Positions 16,260 through 23,501 of a DNA stretch of 34,646 nt are shown piece by piece; within the stretch, counting starts at the first letter, position 1; every line of letters begins with the position of its first letter. The notes beneath the pieces are model-generated. The model was not told the origin of the DNA, did not search any database, and saw only the letters and a list, made by a program, of their open reading frames with translations. Origin of the DNA: a virus. Lineage: Duplodnaviria; Caudoviricetes. The stretch is from positions 1 through 34,646 of IMG/VR virus record IMGVR_UViG_3300042393_000897; one strand, given 5' to 3'. Both the position numbers and the translations under genes were made by a program.

Positions 16260-16889
16260 ATGAACATTGAACAGTTCCGTAAGGCCGCAAACCTCACGGG
16301 CGCACTGGCCGAACGCTGGTTCGCTGAGATGGCCGAAACGATGGATGAGTTCGGGATCAACACTCCAAAGCGCCAAGCAGCCTTCATCGCGCAGATCGGC
16401 ACCGAGTCGGCGGGGTTCACCCGGCTGTCCGAGTCGTTCAACTATTCGGTCGAGGGTTTGGTGGCCACGTTCCCCAAGCGGATCACTCTGGTGCAGGCCG
16501 GCGCACTTGGCCGTAAGCCCGGTGAGAAGTCTGTCCCGCTGGATCGCCAGGCTGAAATTGCCAACCTGATCTACGGCGGCCGCTACGGCAACGACCGGGA
16601 CGACGGCTGGCGGTTCCGTGGCCGCGGCCTCAAGCAAGTGACCTTCCGCGACAACTACCTCCCCTGCGGGGAAGCGCTGGGGCTCGATCTGATCGCTTCC
16701 CCCGATCTACTGCTGGTCGACATCAACGCGGCTCGCTCGGCCGGCTGGTTCTGGGAGGCCAACGGCTGCAATGACTACGCGGACGTGAACGACATCGAAG
16801 GGCTCACGCGCCGTATAAACGGCGGGCTTAACGGTTTGGCTGACCGTAAGTTGCGCTGGACAACTGCGCGTTTGGCTTTGGGTGCCTAA
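16260..16889 (+). CDS. Glycoside hydrolase family 19 endolysin
   Basis: AAFIAQIGTESAGF..LSE, DGWRFRGRGLKQVT, SAGWFW, TRRINGGLNGLADR. Confidence 0.92.
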   Translation: MNIEQFRKAANLTGALAERWFAEMAETMDEFGINTPKRQAAFIAQIGTESAGFTRLSESFNYSVEGLVATFPKRITLVQAGALGRKPGEKSVPLDRQAEIANLIYGGRYGNDRDDGWRFRGRGLKQVTFRDNYLPCGEALGLDLIASPDLLLVDINAARSAGWFWEANGCNDYADVNDIEGLTRRINGGLNGLADRKLRWTTARLALGA

Positions 16890-16892
16890 AGA

Positions 16893-16934
16893 TTCAACTG
16901 ACAGTTGCAGATGCAATCGGGGGTGGGTTACACT
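16893..16934 (+). promoter_or_regulatory. Promoter with overlapping 17-bp palindrome, driving the intergenic RNA candidate
   Basis: TTCAAC-TGACA-GTTGCA (16893-16909); TTGCAG-N18-TACACT. Confidence 0.65.
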
Positions 16935-16939
16935 CGCCC

Positions 16940-17335
16940 TCGACAGCCGGAAAGACGGTCCCGTAGCGCAATGCGGGTTATGAAGCCCTGATGTCAGTCA
17001 GGGGTGATGTGCAGACTGACCCGTGCACCTCGAAAGAGGCTGCATCAACCAAACTCGAAATTAGACACTTGGGGGTTGGTGGTTCCATGACAGCCGGAAA
17101 GACGGCCCAGCAACCTCGAAAGAGGCTGCATCGGACTGAGCCATTGCACGGAGCGCGCTCCCCCAGCGCCGTAGCCGTGATGACGGTGGTTCAGCCCGAT
17201 GCAGATGTGGATTAGGAGCGTCCCGTAACTTCAGTGGCCACTGAATGGGAGGCGGACTGCCCAGAGCAACCCGGTGGAACAAGTGCTCGGATTCTGGATT
17301 CCAATTGTGGCCAGCCCACCTTCTGCGTCAACCCT
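16940..17335 (+). ncRNA. Candidate structured non-coding RNA
   Basis: Two copies each of GACAGCCGGAAAGACGG and ACCTCGAAAGAGGCTGCATC; long stem 17126-17204; no convincing ORF; promoter upstream. Confidence 0.55.
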
Positions 17336-18322
17336 TCACGCCACATCCCGATGCAAACTCTCCGGCTTCAGGTGGGTGTACCGCCTGAGCATCCGCCAGT
17401 CAGTGTGGCCTGAAACGATCGCCACCTGCTCGACGCCGTACCCGCGTTCAAAGAGCCTCGATATTCCCTCGTGACGTAAGTCGTGCCAACGCAGGTCCTC
17501 GAACCCGGCACGAATGGTGGCCCTGTGCCATGCGGCGCTGATCGAGTTTGGATCGTAGGGGAATATCTCGGGCTTCCACTTCATCTGCCGCTTGGCGATC
17601 TCGAAGGTCTCACCCAGCAGCGGCACGGTCTGGTGGTTGCCGCGTTTCTTCTTCGGGTGCTTGCGGTCGCGGATCACCACGGTTCGATTGGTCATGTTCA
17701 GGTCGGACCACTGGATTCGCACCACCTCACTCAGGCGCATGGCGCTGCCCACGGCAAAGGCTATCAGGTCGTCCATCGGCAGGCTCGACTGCATGCTGTC
17801 CAGCACCTGCTCAATCTCGTCGTCGCTGATTCTTCGATCTCGCTCGATTGAGCGGCCGATCAGCCCCATTGAAGTCATGCCCTTGCGGCCGCGGTTCCAT
17901 TCGTCCCAGTTGGGTCGCACGCCCCAGAAGGTGTCAGCGGTTCGCAGCACCAGCCCGAGGAAGATGAACTTCTGCGCCAGCGTGCTCGGCGCCACGGTGT
18001 GCCCTTTGGCGAAGCCCAGCATCCAGCTGGCGTCCAGCTCGGAGACCTTGGTGCCGCTCACCTTGCGCTTGAGCGTCCGCATGGTGGCGGTGTGCGACCG
18101 CTGCATGGGCTTGATTGGTAGAATTTCGTCGATGTAGCGCTGGATCAGCACACCGAAGTCCGGGTCTTCCTTGACGAACTTGCCCTGCTCCAGCTCAGCC
18201 TCACGCTCGCGCACCCATCGCTCGGCCAGCACTTTCTTGCTAAAGGAGGCGGACAGCGGCTTGCGACCCGCCATCCTGATCTGAGCGCGCCAGTTATCCC
18301 CGCGCTTGACGATGGTGGCCAT
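17336..18322 (-). CDS. int: Tyrosine recombinase, dusA-associated integrase type
   Basis: MRLSE (catalytic R), RDRKHP, HDLRH, SGH..WRMLRRY; the adjacent att site encodes a DusA-like N-terminal motif. Confidence 0.93.
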   Translation of the reverse strand: MATIVKRGDNWRAQIRMAGRKPLSASFSKKVLAERWVREREAELEQGKFVKEDPDFGVLIQRYIDEILPIKPMQRSHTATMRTLKRKVSGTKVSELDASWMLGFAKGHTVAPSTLAQKFIFLGLVLRTADTFWGVRPNWDEWNRGRKGMTSMGLIGRSIERDRRISDDEIEQVLDSMQSSLPMDDLIAFAVGSAMRLSEVVRIQWSDLNMTNRTVVIRDRKHPKKKRGNHQTVPLLGETFEIAKRQMKWKPEIFPYDPNSISAAWHRATIRAGFEDLRWHDLRHEGISRLFERGYGVEQVAIVSGHTDWRMLRRYTHLKPESLHRDVA

Positions 18323-18332
18323 GTTCTCTGTC

Positions 18333-18626
18333 CGTTCTTTTTGGTGCAGTTGACGCGGCGTGCGTGGTGCAGTTGGTGGTGCAGTTGTAAAATGACGGTT
18401 CGAGGAAGTAGAGGTTTTTCAATGGCTTGGCAAACGTCGGAAGTGATACAGAATGGCGCTTCGTGCGGGACACTGCACCAGCCAAAAGCCGAGCAACTTC
18501 AACGGGTTGTGAGTGATTGGAGGTTCTGTACGGCCCCCATGATCGACTGGACAGATTGAAAATAAGTCATTGAAATTGCTTATGAATTTCCTTGTAGAAG
18601 GGCGATGGTGCAAATTTGGTGCAGTT
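18333..18626 (+). mobile_element. attP-1 (dusA-targeting) with arm sites and replacement dusA 5' end
   Basis: Core GCCCCCATGATCGACTGGACA at 18533-18553, in frame WRFCTAPMIDWTD (DusA consensus is like RFSVAPMMDWTD). TGGTGCA arm repeats at 18342, 18365, 18377, inverted at ~18474, and at 18606, 18617. IHF-like sites present. Confidence 0.88.
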
Positions 18627-18704
18627 GAAGCTGAGCATTTAGACCCACAGAGCAGAATTTTTTAATACGTCGTGCCATAGTCCGCCCGTTGGGTGGGGGT
18701 GGTG

Positions 18705-19580
18705 ATGGCTTACTGGTGGGTATCGCAAAACAAGACCCATTCGCATGAGCGCGAAGGCGGTTATCTCTGGGCACCGAAGCGAAACTCAGACGGCGTGGAG
18801 TTTCACCACTGGACGAACATGACTCTCGTTCGACCAGGGGACGTGATTTTCTCCTATGCCGAGCAGGCCATCGGAGCTGTTGGGGTCGCAACTTCGGCAG
18901 CCTACGATGCGCCACAGCCAGCAGAGTTCCGCGAGACATGGGACGCCGATGGTAGGCGCGTCGATGTGACGTACCGCGAGGTCGCGCCGGCCGTACCGCT
19001 GAATACCTTTGTCGAAGAACTGGTGGGCTTATTGCCTGACCGCTACTCGCCAATCACGCGAACCAAGACCGGCGTCCAGGGCTACCTCTTCGGCATCCCT
19101 CCGAAGGCAGGCCAATTCATCTCAGAGCGGTTGGCCGTTGTTATTCCGGTTGAAGAGATTGTCGAGGACACCCTTAAGCGGGTGATACCGGACAAGACGA
19201 CCCGCGATGCCCTGGTGAAGGCGAGGGTGGGCCAAGGGAGATGGCGCGATGACCTACTTCGCTTTTGGTCAGGTCGATGCGCGGTCACGGGTCTTCAGGT
19301 TGAGAAGCTGTTGCGTGCTTCGCACATCAAACCCTGGCGTGACTCCGACAACCAGGAACGACTCGATGTTTTCAACGGGCTGCTCTTTGGTGCCAGCTAC
19401 GACGCAGCGTTCGACGCAGGTCTGATCAGCTTTGATAGCGAGGGTAAGATCATCATCTCGGATCGCCTGCCAGCCGGTCAGTTAGACGCGGCTGGTATCA
19501 AGACGGATGCTGTACTGAAGTCGCTCGATGACAAACACCGCGGCTATCTGAACCACCACCGCGACAGCGTGTTCCGTTAG
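18705..19580 (+). CDS. PUA/EVE-like + HNH endonuclease, putative modification-dependent (type IV) restriction enzyme
   Basis: N-terminal YWWVSQ...GYLWAP...VRPGDVIFSY; C-terminal ARVGQGRWR, CAVTG, ASHIKPW, NGLL, FDAGLISF. Confidence 0.8.
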   Translation: MAYWWVSQNKTHSHEREGGYLWAPKRNSDGVEFHHWTNMTLVRPGDVIFSYAEQAIGAVGVATSAAYDAPQPAEFRETWDADGRRVDVTYREVAPAVPLNTFVEELVGLLPDRYSPITRTKTGVQGYLFGIPPKAGQFISERLAVVIPVEEIVEDTLKRVIPDKTTRDALVKARVGQGRWRDDLLRFWSGRCAVTGLQVEKLLRASHIKPWRDSDNQERLDVFNGLLFGASYDAAFDAGLISFDSEGKIIISDRLPAGQLDAAGIKTDAVLKSLDDKHRGYLNHHRDSVFR

Positions 19581-20588
19581 TCAGCCGATCAACTCAGCGA
19601 CCATCGCTTCCCAGTCAGAGTTGCTAACCGATCGGTTATCGTTGACAGGCACAGGTGCTGCGCGGCCAACAATGGCTAATACCCGGCTCGGGACAAGACT
19701 TGCATAATCGGGGTTCAGCTCACAGAGAACTGCACTCCGCTCGTTTTTTATTGCCACGCCAGCAGTGGTGCCGCTGCCGCCAAACGGATCGAGGACAGTG
19801 CCGCCGACCGGGCAACCGGCCAAGATGCACGGCTCGATCAGGTCAGGTGGGAAGGTGGCGAAGTGCGCACCTTTGAATGGCTTGGTGCTGACTGACCAGA
19901 CGCTACGGCGGTTGCGTTTCCCGTCTTCTACACGCTCCCTATCGCTACTACGCCCCAGCTGGTGTTCTGCGCTCTTCCCGCTGTTGAACTTGGAGCCTGC
20001 CGCACCTTTCACAGCGTCTTCCTTGACCGCCTCGCCGTCGAAGTAATAACGCGGCGACTTGCTCAGAAGGAAAATGTACTCGTGCGCCTTGGTGCAGCGG
20101 TCGCGCACGCTCTCCGGCATCGGGTTCGGCTTGTGCCAGATGATGTCCTGGCGAAGATACCAGCCGTCAGCTTGGAGCGCGAAGGCCACGCGCCAAGGGA
20201 TGCCGATCAAGTCTTTGACCTTGATCCCGTCGCCGCCGGCAAATCCCTTAACCTTGTGCTGCTCGGAGACGTTTTTCCTGCCTTGCCGTTGCGAGGATTC
20301 ACCGAGCTTAGTGTGGCCTCCAGTACTCGCGTAGCTGTCGCCCAAGTTCAGCCAAAGTGTTCCGTCATCGCGCAGCACGCGGCGTACTTCGCGGAACACG
20401 GAAACAAGCGCTGCGACGAACTCGTCAGGCGTCGGCTCCAGTCCGATCTGCCCATCGACTCCATAGTCACGCAGGCCGAAGTACGGTGGGCTAGTGACGC
20501 AGCAGTGCACGGATTGGTTTGGCATCTTGCGCATCGACTCGACGCAGTCGCCGACAAAAATTTCGTACTTCGGTTCTGTGGTTGACAT
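19581..20588 (-). CDS. N6A/N4C DNA methyltransferase (beta class)
   Basis: Motif IV TSPPY precedes motif I VLDPFGGSGTT; DIIWHKPNPMPES and HFATFP. Confidence 0.93.
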   Translation of the reverse strand: MSTTEPKYEIFVGDCVESMRKMPNQSVHCCVTSPPYFGLRDYGVDGQIGLEPTPDEFVAALVSVFREVRRVLRDDGTLWLNLGDSYASTGGHTKLGESSQRQGRKNVSEQHKVKGFAGGDGIKVKDLIGIPWRVAFALQADGWYLRQDIIWHKPNPMPESVRDRCTKAHEYIFLLSKSPRYYFDGEAVKEDAVKGAAGSKFNSGKSAEHQLGRSSDRERVEDGKRNRRSVWSVSTKPFKGAHFATFPPDLIEPCILAGCPVGGTVLDPFGGSGTTAGVAIKNERSAVLCELNPDYASLVPSRVLAIVGRAAPVPVNDNRSVSNSDWEAMVAELIG

Positions 20589-20643
20589 ACCCTTTCCTGT
20601 TGGGGCGATTAGCTCGGCTTTCATTGTACAAAATTGCCTCTAG

Positions 20644-20668
20644 TATATTCAACTATTTGTTGAATATA
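20644..20668. promoter_or_regulatory. Extended perfect palindrome upstream of the methyltransferase
   Basis: TATATTCAAC-TATTT-GTTGAATATA. Confidence 0.75.
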
Positions 20669-20762
20669 AAATCATCTGTTCCTGAAATTACTTACCATCA
20701 CACCCACGATTCAGCCAGAACACTCTCGATCATCTTCGACCACAAAAAGGCAGGCCACCTTT

Positions 20763-21067
20763 TGTTCTTTCTGGTGCAGTGGAAACTTGGCTGTTGGTGC
20801 AGTTGCTGGTGCAAGCGGAAAATGCCCCCGAGTCGAATCTCAATGGTTTCAAATGGTTAGGAGTGTTAGAGAGTTGTCCAAAAAATGGGCATTGTGCATC
20901 GTGTTTTTGCGTGCTGCACCAGCCAAAAGATAAGGAATTTCAATTGGTTAGTGACGCTTGGCGCTTCTGTTGTGCCCCCATGATCGACTGGACATACCCG
21001 ATTTTTAGCGTTGTTTTTCCACAATAAAAAAGCCCCTTTCGGGGCTTGGTGTAAATTTGGTGCAGTT
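20763..21067 (+). mobile_element. attP-2, a second complete dusA-type att site
   Basis: Identical 21-bp core at 20974-20994, in frame WRFCCAPMIDWT; arm repeats at 20772, 20795, 20807, inverted at ~20915, and at 21047, 21058. Confidence 0.85.
21026..21047 (-). terminator. Intrinsic terminator of the leftward accessory operon, embedded in the attP-2 right arm
   Basis: AAAAAAGCCCC-TTTC-GGGGCTT. Confidence 0.8.
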
Positions 21068-21089
21068 AGGGTTTGCCATTCTCGGGCAT

Positions 21090-21248
21090 TTATCGCCACC
21101 TGTTCGATTTGTTGGCTTTGCGCTGGCCTTTGCCGTGCGGCACGTTGTTGTAGTTTCTGCCGGTAGACGGCGCAACACACTGAGCCAGCGACATGCCTGA
21201 ATGTGCCAGCGACAGCATTATTGCCGACGCCATTAATTTACGGCTCAT
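21090..21248 (-). CDS. Small basic hypothetical protein (52 aa)
   Basis: MSRKLMASAIML...; ATGA overlap with the upstream gene. Confidence 0.6.
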   Translation of the reverse strand: MSRKLMASAIMLSLAHSGMSLAQCVAPSTGRNYNNVPHGKGQRKANKSNRWR

Positions 21249-21541
21249 TCTGCGCACCCCGCAGCTTTGGCGCGGGATTTGGCGCAGCGCGCCCACCCTA
21301 GCCAAAGGACTTGGACTTGGGGAACCGCGTATACCTCACGTAGCCCGGGTTCTCTTGAGACATCGTAGCCCCGACTGCCCATATCAGCCTCAAACAACTC
21401 CCGCTCCTTCGCCTCGTCAAACGCATGGCTTGCTAGGTGGTCGGCGTGCAGGACGTAATCCCCATAGGCAACAACCTCCATTGATTGCTGCGCAGAATGG
21501 TAAGACTGTGCAATTTCATACCGCTTAATTGGCGCGCTCAT
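21245..21541 (-). CDS. Hypothetical phage protein
   Basis: 98 aa, coupled starts and stops; ERELFE...W.GW module typical of phage early proteins. Confidence 0.7.
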   Translation of the reverse strand: MSAPIKRYEIAQSYHSAQQSMEVVAYGDYVLHADHLASHAFDEAKERELFEADMGSRGYDVSREPGLREVYAVPQVQVLWLGWARCAKSRAKAAGCAE

Positions 21542-21963
21542 TGGCTGTCTCCTTTTGGCGCAGGCGCTGCGGCTAGCCAGTCGCAGATGCGTTCTGCTAG
21601 ATCTCCAGCACCCATCTTATTGCTTCCGTCGATACCACGGATAAAATTAGACAAATCGTCAACGGCCGGCACGACCATTGCGCGGGGCTGCAAGGCGCTG
21701 ACGATGCGGCTATCTCGGCCCGTGCACGCCTCTAGCACACGGAGAGCGCGCTCGTTAGCTTCGTCAGCAGTTTTCTGTGCTGATAGCGCTCTGTTTAGCG
21801 AATCGTCTGCACGGCGCATTACCCATTCCCTGTCATCAGGAATAGGGGCGGGCGTGGCGAGTAGCGGCCGCAACTGGTCGCACAGGCCGAATATCTGCGC
21901 TTTTGCTAGGCGGTCTATCGCTCGCTCAAGCAACTCCCGATCTACCAGCACTTGGTTATTCAT
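21538..21963 (-). CDS. Hypothetical mosaic phage early protein
   Basis: Overlaps both neighbours; VLVDRELLER and FIRGIDGSNKMGAGDLAE modules. Confidence 0.7.
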   Translation of the reverse strand: MNNQVLVDRELLERAIDRLAKAQIFGLCDQLRPLLATPAPIPDDREWVMRRADDSLNRALSAQKTADEANERALRVLEACTGRDSRIVSALQPRAMVVPAVDDLSNFIRGIDGSNKMGAGDLAERICDWLAAAPAPKGDSQ

Positions 21964-22648
21964 CTTGGCCACCTTCTTGGTCGGCAGCGTTTAGGATTGC
22001 GAGCAAGTCTTCACCCTGCTGGCTAATTTCCCACATCGCCGGGCTGCGCTGTTGACGAATTAACAGGCCAAGCTGAGTAAGCAAATCGAGCCAATGGCGC
22101 CCAACGTCGGTCGCCTGCCCATCAGAAAAGCATGCCTCAACTCGCTTTAACTCACAGATCACCTTTTCTGCAAACGCTGGCAGCTCAGGCATCACCACTC
22201 GCGGCTTGGCTGCTGGGGCGGCGTAGATGGGGGCAAGGTGCTCATACGGAGTGTCATCACGCCATTGTGCAAAGTGATCTACACCAATGCTCAGATAAGT
22301 GCCGTCCCAAGCAACTTCATCCCGGAGACGGAGTAAGTCTTTTTTGTTTATATACCCGACCGGCACCTGTTCGCGCAGAGCGGCGAGTTCTTCAGCGAGT
22401 AGGCGTATCGTTGTTGGCGCGTCAACACATGCGTACCCGGCGATGTTGGACTGCTCCATTGCGGCGTCGTACCACCCCTTAACATCAGCGAGTTTTAAGC
22501 TGAGATGTTCGATTTCATGGGCCATCGCCAGCACCAGACCATCTCCGACTAGATCGCGCCAACGTTCGCCGTTTCGCAGCGCGTGGAAATCGGCCCCGTT
22601 GTCGTGGATGACCGTGTACTTGCCACCTTCTAGTTCGATTCTCGTCAT
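21956..22648 (-). CDS. Hypothetical mosaic phage early protein
   Basis: 230 aa, GAGGA RBS, first gene of the leftward operon. Confidence 0.75.
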   Translation of the reverse strand: MTRIELEGGKYTVIHDNGADFHALRNGERWRDLVGDGLVLAMAHEIEHLSLKLADVKGWYDAAMEQSNIAGYACVDAPTTIRLLAEELAALREQVPVGYINKKDLLRLRDEVAWDGTYLSIGVDHFAQWRDDTPYEHLAPIYAAPAAKPRVVMPELPAFAEKVICELKRVEACFSDGQATDVGRHWLDLLTQLGLLIRQQRSPAMWEISQQGEDLLAILNAADQEGGQDE

Positions 22649-22802
22649 TTTCCAAATTCCTCAGTGGTTGTTCGTGTAACCGGATGGTACACCCGCCTGC
22701 AGATACTATTCAACTATTTGTAGAATACTTGACGGATAATTCGCTTAGTAGTTGAACACTAACCTCTTGTCCGGGCAACATAGCCAACCGGAGGATTCAT
22801 CT

Positions 22803-23501
22803 GTGACCAAACCAATCAGCAAGCCCCGCACCCGAGCCAAACCACCGGCCCGCAAAGCGCCAGCACCGAAGCCCAAGGCTGCACCGCTCGAAGAAGACGA
22901 CCTGATCGGAGGCAACCCCGAAGACGATGAGGTGATTACCGACGACTTGGCCGAGGTGTACGGCGGGGTGAGTGCGCATTGGCTGGCCCAGATGTTCGGC
23001 GCCGACAAAAACACGATCAAAAAGAAGCTGGCATCCTCGGGCATCGAGATTGTGGGTCGGCGAAACGGCGGCCCCCTCTACCGCCTGAAGGACGCTGCCG
23101 CCTACCTGGTCACGCCGAAGGTCGATCTGGTCAGCTACATCAAGAGTCTGCGGCCGAACGATCTGCCGCCGATGTTGAACGACGCCTACTGGGGCTCGAT
23201 GCTGAAGCGCCAGAGGTGGGAAGAGAACGCCGGTGATCTGTGGCGCACCGCCGATGTGCTCGAGGTGCTGGGCGACCTGAATCTGGCCTTCCGCACCACC
23301 GTGAACCTGTGGGTCGAAGAGGTTGACCGGATCAACAGCCTGACCGCCGAGCAGCGCGTCACGATCAGCCAGAACGCCGACAAGCTGCTCGATCAGGTCT
23401 ACGAGATGCTGGTCGAACTGCCGGCCAAACGCAAAACGTCGAACACCTCGGTCGAGGATGGGACGATGCCCGATGGTGACGAGACGGGGGCTGGTGAGTG
23501 A
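22803..23501 (+). CDS. Terminase small subunit (Chi-like, DUF1441-type)
   Basis: HTH (SAHWLAQMFGADKNTIKKKL) and E..AGDLWRT; directly upstream of TerL; GTG start after GGAGG. Confidence 0.85.
   Translation: MTKPISKPRTRAKPPARKAPAPKPKAAPLEEDDLIGGNPEDDEVITDDLAEVYGGVSAHWLAQMFGADKNTIKKKLASSGIEIVGRRNGGPLYRLKDAAAYLVTPKVDLVSYIKSLRPNDLPPMLNDAYWGSMLKRQRWEENAGDLWRTADVLEVLGDLNLAFRTTVNLWVEEVDRINSLTAEQRVTISQNADKLLDQVYEMLVELPAKRKTSNTSVEDGTMPDGDETGAGE

Noticed and set aside
16981-17070. Hammerhead ribozyme or tRNA
   Set aside because: The sequence is CTGATGT, not the CUGANGA core, and it is tied up in a simple hairpin. No tRNA cloverleaf or T-loop consensus could be built.
18533-20994. attL/attR of an integrated prophage, or a host dusA gene
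   Set aside because: Neither core is followed by the rest of dusA, both have arm sites on both sides, and phage genes continue on both flanks.
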